From an uncultured Clostridia bacterium (GTDB taxonomy: Bacteria > Bacillota > Clostridia > Christensenellales > UBA1242), in the NCBI GenBank assembly GCA_947062475.1, contig CAMSQA010000004.1:12793-76792 (forward strand): DNA of 64,000 bases. Reading direction: 5' to 3'. The notes beneath the pieces were generated by a model that worked only from the letters and a program-made list of their open reading frames with translations, was not told the origin of the DNA and made no database searches. Numbering within the stretch: the first letter of the stretch is position 1; the number at the start of each line of letters is the position of its first letter. This document shows positions 35,679-44,772 of the stretch, one piece after another. Position numbers and translations under genes: made by a program.

Positions 35679-36695
35679 ATGTTTGGTTTTAGAAGCGATG
35701 GTAAAAAAGTTAAGGATATGAACATAATTGAAAAAGCAGGGCCATATTTCATGCCCCAAAGAATTGATGCTGTTAATCTTTTCAGTATGGATGTGCCTTG
35801 TGCACCACTAGATGAATTTATATTGAAAGAAAGAAGAAATGGCAATCACTATACATATACGCATATTTTATTTGCAACCCTTATCAGAGTGCTTTATACA
35901 AGAAAAAAGATGAATAGATTTTTAATAAGAGGTTCAACTTATCAAAGAAATTATATCAGTATCTCAATGGACATAAAGAAAAAATTGGAAGATGAAGGTG
36001 AAGATATAACTCTTAAATTATACTTTACTGGAAAGGAAAGTCTAGCTGAAGTAAAACAAATGCTTGACGATGAAATCGCAAAAAATCTTAAACCAGAAGA
36101 AGTTCACAAAACTACTAAAATTGCAGGCAAATTTTGCCATCTTCCAGATTTTCTTTTTAGATGGGCTTTGGCGATTATTAGATGGCTTGACAAACATGGA
36201 ATGATGCCAAAAAGTCTTATTAAAGCAAGTCCTTTCCATACAAGCTGTTTTGTGACAAATCTTAAATCGATCAAATTACCTGCAATTTATCATCATTTAT
36301 ATAATTTTGGCACAACATCTATGTTTGTTGCAATGGGCAAGGAAGCAATGAAGCCTTATGTTGAGAATAATAAAGAACTTAAAGTTGGCAAATTTTTGAC
36401 TTTAAAATTTTCTCTAGATGAAAGAATTGCTGATGGCTTTTACATGGCTAGAACACTTAAATTATGCAAAGATTTACTTGCAAATCCAGAAAGTCTTTTG
36501 GATAAAATGCCAGATGATGGAACAATTCCAAAAAGACTTCTTAAAAAGAAAACAAAGAAAGCAAAAAAAGTTGTAAAAGTAAAAACAAAAAAAGAAAAGG
36601 TGAAAAAACCAAAAAATAAGCCAAAGAAAATAAAGCCTTTGGAAAATAAAATCAAACACGACAAAAAAATGAAGAAACTTGATGTTGAAAAGTAA
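35679..36695 (+). CDS. 2-oxoacid dehydrogenase E2 / CAT-like acyltransferase catalytic-domain protein with Lys-rich tail
   Basis: RBS aaggag. LKFSLDERIADGFYMARTLKLCKDLLANPESLL aligns by eye with the E2 catalytic-domain motif (..DHRviDGa.aa.Fl..l...le.P..ll). No lipoyl or subunit-binding domain. The last 55 aa or so are more than half Lys. Confidence 0.55.
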   Translation: MFGFRSDGKKVKDMNIIEKAGPYFMPQRIDAVNLFSMDVPCAPLDEFILKERRNGNHYTYTHILFATLIRVLYTRKKMNRFLIRGSTYQRNYISISMDIKKKLEDEGEDITLKLYFTGKESLAEVKQMLDDEIAKNLKPEEVHKTTKIAGKFCHLPDFLFRWALAIIRWLDKHGMMPKSLIKASPFHTSCFVTNLKSIKLPAIYHHLYNFGTTSMFVAMGKEAMKPYVENNKELKVGKFLTLKFSLDERIADGFYMARTLKLCKDLLANPESLLDKMPDDGTIPKRLLKKKTKKAKKVVKVKTKKEKVKKPKNKPKKIKPLENKIKHDKKMKKLDVEK

Positions 36696-36722
36696 AAAGA
36701 ATTATTATTATAGGAGAGAAAA

Positions 36723-37046
36723 ATGAAATCTATTGTTTATTTTATATTAGCATTGCTCACAATAGTTTATATAGGATTTTTATGTTATGTAAACATTTAT
36801 GGAATACAAAACCTAGCACCTATTTTTAATTATATTTCTATATATGGAGGTCTTGGAATTGCACTTTTGTATGCAGCTGTAAACTTTTTTGGAAATCCAT
36901 TGAAAATAGTGTTCTTTATTTTATTAGTCGTAATGGTTGTGCTTTTGATTTTGACTATCGCTATGCCTGATATATTTAGAAAATTATTTAAAATTGTAGC
37001 TGATAATAAAGACATGATCAGACCACTGATTGGATTTTTAAAATAA
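36723..37046 (+). CDS. Small membrane protein (107 aa, 3 predicted TM helices)
   Basis: RBS aggagag; hydrophobic segments. Family not recognised. Confidence 0.55.
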   Translation: MKSIVYFILALLTIVYIGFLCYVNIYGIQNLAPIFNYISIYGGLGIALLYAAVNFFGNPLKIVFFILLVVMVVLLILTIAMPDIFRKLFKIVADNKDMIRPLIGFLK

Positions 37047-37113
37047 ATTTTACTAATTTGTCGTGTAAGATTTTAAATTTCTTCACTTTTTTGCCATTAA
37101 AGGGGGCTGCTGT

Positions 37114-39609
37114 ATGGATAAACTTTTAATTATAGATGGAAATAGTATTGCAAACAGAGCTTATTATGCTCTGCCTTTTCTTTCAAATCATGAAGGAAAG
37201 CCATCAGGTGCAGTGTTTGGTTTTGCAAATATATTAGTGAAACTTTTGCAAGAAGAGAAACCATCAAAAGTTCTTGTCGCATTTGACCATGCCAGAAAGA
37301 CTTTTAGAAATGAAATTTACAGTGAATATAAGATGCAAAGAAAACCTTCTCCAAACGAATTAATTTCTCAATTCCCAGCAATTAAAAATATGCTTGAATG
37401 CATGGAAATAAAATTTTTAGAAATTGCAGGGATTGAAGCAGACGATATTATTGGGACTATTTCAAGATTATACGATGATCAAAAAATCATATTGTCTGGG
37501 GATCGAGATTTACTGCAACTTATTGACGATAAAACATGTGTTTGGCTGACAAAAAAAGGTGTGACAGAAGTCGATAAAGTTGATAATGTAAGGCTTAAGG
37601 AACTTTTTAATTTGAAGCCTAATCAAATTATAGAACTTAAAGGATTGATGGGGGATTCTTCTGATAATATTCCTGGTGTAAAAGGAATTGGCGAAAAGAC
37701 GGCGTTATCTCTTTTGGAAAAATATGAAAATATCGACAAAATTTATGAAAATATCAATGAAATTTCAGGAAAGCTTAAAGAAAAACTTGAATTAGGCAAA
37801 AATGATGCATTTATGTCACGAAAGCTAGCTACAATCAAACGAGATTGTGATATTGATGTAACGCTTGACGAGTTGAGTTTAAATTTGCCTTTTGGTGAGA
37901 ATCTTTATAATTTTTTTCAGGATTGGAATTTTTCTTCTCTTTTGAAAAATCAATATATATTTTCTAATGATTTTGAAGTGAAAAAATCACAGACATTTGA
38001 AAGAATAAAACTTGATTTGGATGAAATAAAGAATATAAAATTTTCCAATAAAATTTTTTGTTATGATTTAAAAAATTTAGAATTTTTTATTGATGAAAAG
38101 ATTTATTTTTTAGAAAAAAATTTTACACTTTTTGATTGTCCTATGACAACAGACGAAATTTATCTATCTTTAAAGTGGATTTTTGAAGATAAAACGATAT
38201 TAAAAATTACAAAATCGTCAAAAGAAGATAAACATATTTTGTCCAAGCATAATATTGATTTATTAAATTATTTTGACTTATCTCTTGCTGACTATTTAGT
38301 TAATGCAGGTATTAAAAGTAATATTGAAAATTTGAACGTTGAACAATATTCTCTTAAAAAAAATGAACTTGAAAAAGAACTTGCTTCAAAAGGACTAAAT
38401 TTTGTTTATGAAAATATAGAATATCCTCTGATTGAACTTTTGTTTAAAATGGAACAACGGGGATTTAAAATAAATGAAAACAGGCTTGATGAAATTAGTA
38501 AAGAATTTCAAGAAAAAATTGAAAATCTTAAAAAAGAAATTTATATTGAGGCAGGTGATGAATTTAATATCAATTCTCCAAAACAGGTAGCATATATTCT
38601 ATTTGAAAAATTAGGTATAAAAGTTTATAACAATAAAAAGCAATCAACAAGTGCTTTAATTTTGGAAGAACTGAAATTTATTCCTATTGTAAACAATATT
38701 TTAATTTTTAGAAAATATTCCAAGCTTCTTAATACTTATATATCTGTGTATAAGGAAATTTGCAAAAGACAAGGCGATATCATTCACACAACATTCAATC
38801 AAACCCTGACAAGCACAGGTAGACTTTCAAGTAGCGAACCAAATCTTCAAAACATTCCAACTAGAGATGATGAAGGAAAGATTTTGAGAAAAATTTTTAT
38901 ATCAAAATTTGAAAAGGGGAAAATAATATCAGCTGATTACAATCAAATAGAATTGAGACTTTTGGCAGATATGTCAGAGGAAGAAAAGCTGATAGAAGCA
39001 TTTAAAAATGGAGAAGATATTCATGCTCTTACAGCATCACTTATTTTTAGGAAACCTTTAAATAAGATAAGTGAAAAGGAAAGAAGGGATGCAAAAGCGG
39101 TAAATTTTGGAATTATATACGGCATAAGTGACTATGGTCTTTCACAAAACATTAAATCAACACGTGCTATGGCAAAAAATTTTATTGATGCATATTTTGG
39201 TAAATATCCAAAAGTGAAAGAATTTATGGATAAGAATATAGAAAAAGCAAAGGAAAATGGATTTGCGAAAACTAAATTTGGCAGACTCAGACAGATACCA
39301 GAGCTTTTATCTTCAAAATTTATTACTAGAACTTTTGGTGAAAGAGTAGCTATGAATATGCCTCTTCAAGGAACAGCTTCCGATATAATAAAGATTGCAA
39401 TGCTTAAAGTAGACGAAAGAATAGAAAAAGAGAGTTTAAAAAGTCAACTTATACTACAAATCCATGATGAACTTATTATTGACACATATCCAGGTGAAGA
39501 GGAAAAAGTGATAAAAATTTTAAAAGATGAAATGGAAAGAGTTGTAAAATTGAAAGTGCCTCTTGATATTTCTGTTGGAATTGGAGAAACACTTTTTGAT
39601 TGCAAATAA
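37114..39609 (+). CDS. polA: DNA polymerase I
   Basis: 5'-nuclease N-terminus (LLIIDGNSIANRAYYA, GDSSDNIPGVKGIGEKTA). Pol A motifs are present: DYNQIELRLLA, KAVNFGIIYG and QIHDELI. Confidence 0.95.
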   Translation: MDKLLIIDGNSIANRAYYALPFLSNHEGKPSGAVFGFANILVKLLQEEKPSKVLVAFDHARKTFRNEIYSEYKMQRKPSPNELISQFPAIKNMLECMEIKFLEIAGIEADDIIGTISRLYDDQKIILSGDRDLLQLIDDKTCVWLTKKGVTEVDKVDNVRLKELFNLKPNQIIELKGLMGDSSDNIPGVKGIGEKTALSLLEKYENIDKIYENINEISGKLKEKLELGKNDAFMSRKLATIKRDCDIDVTLDELSLNLPFGENLYNFFQDWNFSSLLKNQYIFSNDFEVKKSQTFERIKLDLDEIKNIKFSNKIFCYDLKNLEFFIDEKIYFLEKNFTLFDCPMTTDEIYLSLKWIFEDKTILKITKSSKEDKHILSKHNIDLLNYFDLSLADYLVNAGIKSNIENLNVEQYSLKKNELEKELASKGLNFVYENIEYPLIELLFKMEQRGFKINENRLDEISKEFQEKIENLKKEIYIEAGDEFNINSPKQVAYILFEKLGIKVYNNKKQSTSALILEELKFIPIVNNILIFRKYSKLLNTYISVYKEICKRQGDIIHTTFNQTLTSTGRLSSSEPNLQNIPTRDDEGKILRKIFISKFEKGKIISADYNQIELRLLADMSEEEKLIEAFKNGEDIHALTASLIFRKPLNKISEKERRDAKAVNFGIIYGISDYGLSQNIKSTRAMAKNFIDAYFGKYPKVKEFMDKNIEKAKENGFAKTKFGRLRQIPELLSSKFITRTFGERVAMNMPLQGTASDIIKIAMLKVDERIEKESLKSQLILQIHDELIIDTYPGEEEKVIKILKDEMERVVKLKVPLDISVGIGETLFDCK

Positions 39610-39693
39610 AATTAAATTGCAAAAAAATCTAAAAACGATGTTTTTTGTTTGACTTATTTTTTTTAAATCATATATAATTAGATTGGAGATGTA

Positions 39694-40116
39694 ATGCAAT
39701 ACAATAGAAAGATGGGGATAGATTATGGAGATAAACGCATCGGCATAGCACTTTCTGATGCTTTATGTATTATTTCAAGCCCATTTGAAGTTTATAAAAA
39801 TGTTGGTGAAGAGGATGCTATTAATCACATCATAGACTTAATTAAACAATATGATGTAGATGAAATCGCAATGGGGCTTCCATTGAATATGGATGGTTCT
39901 GAAGGTGAAAGAGCTTTAATTCATCGACAATTTGGTAAAAAACTTGAAAGTCTTTCTGGTATTAAAGTTGTTTATATCGATGAGCGCTTAACCTCGGCAG
40001 AGGCGGAAGATATTTTGATCTCAAGCGGTGTTCGAAGGGAAAAGCGAAAGGAACTCATCGATAAAATTTCAGCTCAAATAATTTTGCAAATTTACATTAA
40101 CAATAAAAGGGGATAA
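39694..40116 (+). CDS. ruvX: Putative pre-16S rRNA nuclease / Holliday junction resolvase-like RuvX (YqgF)
   Basis: MGIDYGDKRIGIALSD, GLPLNMDGSEGE and VVYIDERLTSAEAE. Confidence 0.88.
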   Translation: MQYNRKMGIDYGDKRIGIALSDALCIISSPFEVYKNVGEEDAINHIIDLIKQYDVDEIAMGLPLNMDGSEGERALIHRQFGKKLESLSGIKVVYIDERLTSAEAEDILISSGVRREKRKELIDKISAQIILQIYINNKRG

Positions 40117-40119
40117 ATT

Positions 40120-40512
40120 ATGGAAAATAAAGAAAAAGATGAAGTGCAATTAGACCTTCTTGATGTTTTACTTGACCAAGAAAATAAAGAGCCTATCGTT
40201 CTTATGGACGAAAGCGGAAAACAAATCACTTTCGAACAAGTTGCTGTTATACCATTTGAAGTTAAGAAAGAAAAAAGACTTTATTGTGTTTTAAAGCCAC
40301 TTGATAAAATTGAAGGAATTGGTGAAGATGAAGCAATTGTATTCTTAGTTGATACTGATGATGAAGGAAATTCTATTATTAGAATTGAAGAAGATGAAGA
40401 AGTTGCTATTGCTGTGTTTGATAAATATTATGACCTTCTTGAAGAAGCTCGTAAAGAAAGCAATGAAGAACAAGCACCAAAAACTGGAAAAAAGAAAGCA
40501 GGTAAAAAGTAA
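40120..40512 (+). CDS. DUF1292 family protein (YrzB-like)
   Basis: Acidic protein of 130 aa located directly after ruvX, as yrzB is in B. subtilis. Sequence ..MDESGKQITFEQVAVIPF..KRLYCVLKPLD... Confidence 0.75.
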   Translation: MENKEKDEVQLDLLDVLLDQENKEPIVLMDESGKQITFEQVAVIPFEVKKEKRLYCVLKPLDKIEGIGEDEAIVFLVDTDDEGNSIIRIEEDEEVAIAVFDKYYDLLEEARKESNEEQAPKTGKKKAGKK

Positions 40513-40739
40513 TCTTAATTTAATAAAAGATTAAAATAAAGATAACACGAATACTTTTTTAAAGATAAATTTTGTGTTGTCTTTTTTTATCAAATAAAAT
40601 CTAAGCATTAAGTATTCACTGATATGTCGAAAAATGACAATAAAATATTTCTTTTTTATTTTTGATAGTATAAAAATTTGAAAATTTGGCAACATATTAT
40701 TACAAGGCAATCAGCCTTGAAGTATAGGAGGTGAAAACT

Positions 40740-40910
40740 ATGTTTGGTAAAAATTCAAAGACTTCATCTAAGAAAAGCGGAAAATCAGCAAAGGCTATGA
40801 AATCTGCTAAAAATGTAGAAGTTTCAAACGAAGCTACAAAGGGCTGTAGTTCAAAATCAAGCTCTAAGACTAGCTCAAAAACAAGTTCAAGTGCAAAAAA
40901 TAGCAAATAG
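40740..40910 (+). CDS. Small Ser/Lys-rich protein (56 aa), absent from the ORF track
   Basis: My translation: MFGKNSKTSSKKSGKSAKAMKSAKNVEVSNEATKGCSSKSSSKTSSKTSSSAKNSK. RBS ataggaggtg lies 7 nt upstream and a strong terminator follows. The listed 68-aa ORF on the opposite strand has no such signals. Confidence 0.5.
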   Translation: MFGKNSKTSSKKSGKSAKAMKSAKNVEVSNEATKGCSSKSSSKTSSKTSSSAKNSK

Positions 40911-40920
40911 TTTTCAGCTT

Positions 40921-40954
40921 AAAAAAGTCCACAAGATTACTTGTGGATTTTTTA
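40921..40954. terminator. Bidirectional Rho-independent terminator
   Basis: aaaaaagtccacaag-atta-cttgtggatttttt hairpin between convergent genes. Confidence 0.8.
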
Positions 40955-40960
40955 TTAAGT

Positions 40961-41707
40961 TTAATTATTTTCATCAACAAATGTCAATGTCGATAATTTC
41001 GAAAATGTAAGTGTAAGAGTAGTATTTAAAAGATTTACAGATTGTTTTAAAATACAATTTCCATCACTATCAAAAGATTTGTAATTTAAGAGGGTATTAA
41101 TTTCAAATTCATATTCATTTTGAATATTTTGAGAATTTGTCATTTTTACTTTTACTTTAAATTTATATTCATTGTAATTGCTGTTTGAATTTGCTTCTCC
41201 CAAATAAATTATATTTTTATTGTCTGTTTTAAATTCTTCATTTATTTCTGTTTTTCCACTTGAGAATAAGGTAAAATTATCACTTCCTGTTGAGGTTAAT
41301 GCTGAATATATTTCAAATTCGCCATTTACATAGTTTTCACTTTCAAATTTTATATTTGAAAGTGATGAAAATCTCATACTTGATAAAGATTCTGCAAAAA
41401 CAGCTGTATAATGTCCTGCGGTGTTTTTATTATAAGATAGTGTCAGGGATTTTTTGGTTGATGCAACTTTATTATAATCTTTGACCCAACATATGAAAGG
41501 ATTACTTTCAGGATAATGCTCCTTTGCAAGGAGTGTTATTTTTGTCCCTTCTTCCATTTCATTGTTTAAATTTCCTTGTATAGATCCAAGTTCATTGTCG
41601 CTTTTGCCTGCAGTTATCAAAAATTTAGCAGGTGATGTGCAAGCTGACAAAAGAATGACAGGACATAGACACAAAACAATCATAAAAAATTTGAAAATTT
41701 TCCTCAT
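40961..41707 (-). CDS. Lipoprotein, function unknown
   Basis: MRKIFKFFMIVLCLCPVILLSAC with lipobox LLSAC. RBS aaggtgg before ATG 41707. Confidence 0.7.
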   Translation of the reverse strand: MRKIFKFFMIVLCLCPVILLSACTSPAKFLITAGKSDNELGSIQGNLNNEMEEGTKITLLAKEHYPESNPFICWVKDYNKVASTKKSLTLSYNKNTAGHYTAVFAESLSSMRFSSLSNIKFESENYVNGEFEIYSALTSTGSDNFTLFSSGKTEINEEFKTDNKNIIYLGEANSNSNYNEYKFKVKVKMTNSQNIQNEYEFEINTLLNYKSFDSDGNCILKQSVNLLNTTLTLTFSKLSTLTFVDENN

Positions 41708-41832
41708 TTTTACCACCTTAGTATTATTATTAACACCATTTCTTATTATTTGTCAAATTATTTCTTTTATTTTTTATTTTCTTAGTGTATTTTTCATAAC
41801 CTTGCATAGAATATTGATGAAAAGGAGTTTAT

Positions 41833-42600
41833 ATGTGGGAGTTTTCTCTAAACTTTAAGACTGAAAATTTTGAAATTGCCAAACAGGTTTATAATACTTT
41901 GCTTAATTATGTTGAAACTATTGATGGAGTTGTGACTTCTCATGAAGAGGATGGGACAATCTTTGTGCTGCTTGCTGTCAAAGATGAATTTAAGGATAAA
42001 TTGAAGTTGGTGCTTACAAACGCTGTTACAGAAATTATTTGCACAAAATTCAAAGCTGATTTTTTGAATAAATATCTGATATTGCCAGAGCTTGATAGGG
42101 CTAGTATCTGTGCGTTTAAAAAGGCTCTTTTAAATTTTGATAGAGAGACAGACAGGTTTATAATTAAGAAAAATTTAGTGCTCGAAAAAAATCTTTTTAT
42201 TGAGTCATTTTATTATTTTAGACTTAAATCACTTCAAATAAAATGGGAAGAACTTGTAAGCTTATCAAATGAAAATAAAGAATATTTGATTTCAAGAGAG
42301 AGTTTTATTGATCTTTTAAAATTCTTGGTTGACAATCTTGATATATGTGAAGAGGAAATAAGCATAGTCAAAGAAAAGGGTGGTTATCGAATTTATATTG
42401 ACGATAATGAAAATTTTACTAACAGCCTTATAAGTGAAGATGTTATGGTTTCATCAGTTATTGACTTATCACCACAAAAAATAAACCTTTATTTCAATGA
42501 AATGACTGGAGCGATAAATTTGCTTGAAAGAATTTTTGAGGAAAGAATCATAGTAAATGAGGCAAGTAATCAAAATATAAAAAAGTTTGAAATTAATTAA
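41833..42600 (+). CDS. ytxC: YtxC-like sporulation protein
   Basis: 255 aa, RBS aaggag. The pattern FYYFRLKSLQIKWEELV.., ..FIDLLKFLV.. is typical of the YtxC-like family as I recall it. The gene lies upstream of thrS, as in B. subtilis. Confidence 0.55.
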   Translation: MWEFSLNFKTENFEIAKQVYNTLLNYVETIDGVVTSHEEDGTIFVLLAVKDEFKDKLKLVLTNAVTEIICTKFKADFLNKYLILPELDRASICAFKKALLNFDRETDRFIIKKNLVLEKNLFIESFYYFRLKSLQIKWEELVSLSNENKEYLISRESFIDLLKFLVDNLDICEEEISIVKEKGGYRIYIDDNENFTNSLISEDVMVSSVIDLSPQKINLYFNEMTGAINLLERIFEERIIVNEASNQNIKKFEIN

Positions 42601-42605
42601 TAATT

Positions 42606-42638
42606 AAAGCACATTTTCTTTAAAGTGCTTTTTTTTAT
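42606..42638 (+). terminator. Rho-independent terminator after the ytxC-like gene
   Basis: aaagcac...gtgcttt hairpin plus T8. Confidence 0.65.
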
Positions 42639-42641
42639 CTC

Positions 42642-42670
42642 TTGACTTTTGACCTTTTATCATTTAATAT
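42642..42670 (+). promoter_or_regulatory. Sigma-A-type promoter of the ABC transporter gene
   Basis: TTGACT (42642-42647), 17-nt spacer, TAATAT (42665-42670). Confidence 0.45.
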
Positions 42671-42701
42671 TAAAATGCTATAAAACTATTTAGAGGAAAT
42701 T

Positions 42702-44426
42702 ATGTTTAAAGAAAATAATATAGAAATAAATGAATTGGAATTAAGAGATATTGAAACAAACGTAAAAAAAGAAAAAACAAAAAAAGGTATCTTTCAGGCA
42801 TTAAAAATACTTTGGTCATTTATGGGTAAGAAGGAAAAAATTACCTTCTGTTCAATTTTTGCATTTTCTATTATCTCCGCTTTTTGTATGCTTTTTCAAG
42901 ATATCATCCCATCTTTAGTGCTGGCTCAACTTGTTGGAGAAAAGGTAAAATTTCTTTTTATTGATTTTACAGGTCTGTCAACAATTCCGCTTGTCTTTAT
43001 ACTTTGCGGTTCACAAATTATGCTTTGGATTATAGGAATGCTAAATTATTATCTTGTCGATGTTTTTGCCAGAAAAATGATTTGTGTTGTCAATATTAAA
43101 GCTCAAGAAATGTTGCTTTTAGAACGTAAAAACCTAGATTATGGATATACAAATGGTGAAGTCAATTATGTTGTAAAAAATGCAACTGACTGTATTTATC
43201 AAATATTAGAGCCTTTTTGTTGGAGCATAGTGACTCGTTTGATTGCAGTTGTTTTTATGAGTATTACTTTATTTTTAATTGATTATGTAGTTGGTATATG
43301 CAATTTAGTTGTTATTGTAATGATACTTTTAGGGGTTTTTGTCAGAATTAAAGTCCAAAATCCTATTGTTGATAAAATTGAATCCACTAATGCAAAGATA
43401 GGCAATCAATTTTTGACTTCTATTCAAAATATTCCTCTTATAACTATGCAAAAATCTAAAAATGAAGAAGAAAGGCATCTTAACAATTTAAATCATCGTT
43501 TTTTTAAGCATCATAAAAGAAGGGCAAAAGTTGGATTTTGGTATTGGATAATGATACTTATAATTGAGTTTGTAGGTCTTGCAAGTGCGGTGGCAATCTT
43601 TGTTGTTCGTAATGATTCCCAAACAGTGATTGCTTCCATTGCAATGATTTTCACTCTTTCTTTCAGTGTTCAGGCCTATATTGAACAATGGGGTTTCCAA
43701 ATTTGTGATATTTTAAATGCTTCTATTAAGCTTTGCAATTTAAAACAATTAAATGCTGATGAAAGCAATCTAAAAATTCTAGGAAAAGAGTTTATTGAAG
43801 AGCTAAATATTAATCATATCGAAAAAATTGATATCAAAAATTTAAATGTCAAAATTGGAAAATTTGAAGGAAATTATAATGCAACTTTTGAAAGCGGAAA
43901 GGTTTATCAATTGTCAGGACGCAGTGGAAAAGGAAAAACTACCTTTATCAATGCTATATGCGGATTGAGAGAAGTTGAGGGTGGAGAGATTATTGTCAAT
44001 GACAAATACCATATTACTTCACTTTTTGACTATTCACAGAAAATTTCATATATGTTTCAAGATTCAATATTATTTGATCGAAGCATAAAAGAAAATATAT
44101 GTTATCCAGACAATGAGTTTAATGAAGAAGCTTTAAGACTTATTGAACTTTTTAATATGGAAAAAATTGTTGAAAGAGAATACGAAGAGGGAAATACAAG
44201 TAAGACTCTTTCAGGTGGAGAAAAGAAGAGAATAGATTTTATCAGAGCAATGACAAAAGAAGCTGACATATATATCTTTGACGAGCCAACAAATGAGCTT
44301 GATAAATCCAATGTTGAAAAAGTGATTTCTGAAATTTCCAAGCTCAAAGATAAAAATAAAATTGCTATTATTATTTCGCATGACAAACGTATTTCTGCTG
44401 TAGCAGATGAAATTATTGAATTTTAA
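42702..44426 (+). CDS. ABC exporter, fused permease/ATP-binding protein
   Basis: N-terminal six-helix TMD. Walker A GRSGKGKTT, signature LSGGEKKR and Walker B IYIFDEPT. Confidence 0.85.
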   Translation: MFKENNIEINELELRDIETNVKKEKTKKGIFQALKILWSFMGKKEKITFCSIFAFSIISAFCMLFQDIIPSLVLAQLVGEKVKFLFIDFTGLSTIPLVFILCGSQIMLWIIGMLNYYLVDVFARKMICVVNIKAQEMLLLERKNLDYGYTNGEVNYVVKNATDCIYQILEPFCWSIVTRLIAVVFMSITLFLIDYVVGICNLVVIVMILLGVFVRIKVQNPIVDKIESTNAKIGNQFLTSIQNIPLITMQKSKNEEERHLNNLNHRFFKHHKRRAKVGFWYWIMILIIEFVGLASAVAIFVVRNDSQTVIASIAMIFTLSFSVQAYIEQWGFQICDILNASIKLCNLKQLNADESNLKILGKEFIEELNINHIEKIDIKNLNVKIGKFEGNYNATFESGKVYQLSGRSGKGKTTFINAICGLREVEGGEIIVNDKYHITSLFDYSQKISYMFQDSILFDRSIKENICYPDNEFNEEALRLIELFNMEKIVEREYEEGNTSKTLSGGEKKRIDFIRAMTKEADIYIFDEPTNELDKSNVEKVISEISKLKDKNKIAIIISHDKRISAVADEIIEF

Positions 44427-44458
44427 TCTTTTATATTAATAAATATTGTTTAAAAATG

Positions 44459-44487
44459 TTGACAAATATATTTTAAAGAATTATACT
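44459..44487 (+). promoter_or_regulatory. Sigma-A-type promoter of the thrS leader
   Basis: TTGACA (44459-44464), 17-nt spacer, TATACT (44482-44487). Confidence 0.6.
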
Positions 44488-44493
44488 ATGTTG

Positions 44494-44724
44494 TAAACTT
44501 GGAGCAATAGACAAGTAGAAACATTTGATTTCGTTCAGAGAAAGGTCGGTTGGTGAAAGACCCAAGATAGAATGCTTTTGAAACCACTGTTGTGATGATA
44601 AGTAAAAATAAGTGGCATAATTTAAACTTCTAGATTCATTTCAAATAAAGCTTAACATTATGCAATTAAGGTGGAACCACGGTTTTGTTTTTAAATCGTC
44701 CTTAAATTTGAGGGCGATTTTTTA
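44494..44724 (+). promoter_or_regulatory. T-box leader (threonine specifier) with terminator/antiterminator
   Basis: Stem I elements are present: AGAGA and GGTGAAAG distal-loop-like sequences. GAA-ACC-ACT is in specifier position (44580-44588). T-box core AATTAAGGTGGAACCACGG lies at 44664-44682. Terminator aatcgtcct/agggcgatt plus a T-run lies at 44694-44724. Confidence 0.85.
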
Positions 44725-44772
44725 TTATATAAAATCTCTCGCAAATGGTAATTTTATAAATTAGGAGGAATT

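Noticed and set aside
39610-39660. Possible terminator after polA
   Set aside because: Only an A/T-rich stretch (aaaaacgatgtttttt) without a convincing GC-containing stem.
40700-40906. 68-aa ORF on the minus strand (listed in the ORF track)
   Set aside because: It is the shadow of the + strand 56-aa ORF, which has a strong RBS, a leader hairpin and a terminator. The minus-strand ORF has no RBS and would run into the upstream region.
41562-41858. 98-aa + strand ORF across the lipoprotein gene start and the ytxC-like start
   Set aside because: It overlaps the lipoprotein signal-peptide region in antisense and the ytxC RBS. It has no RBS of its own.
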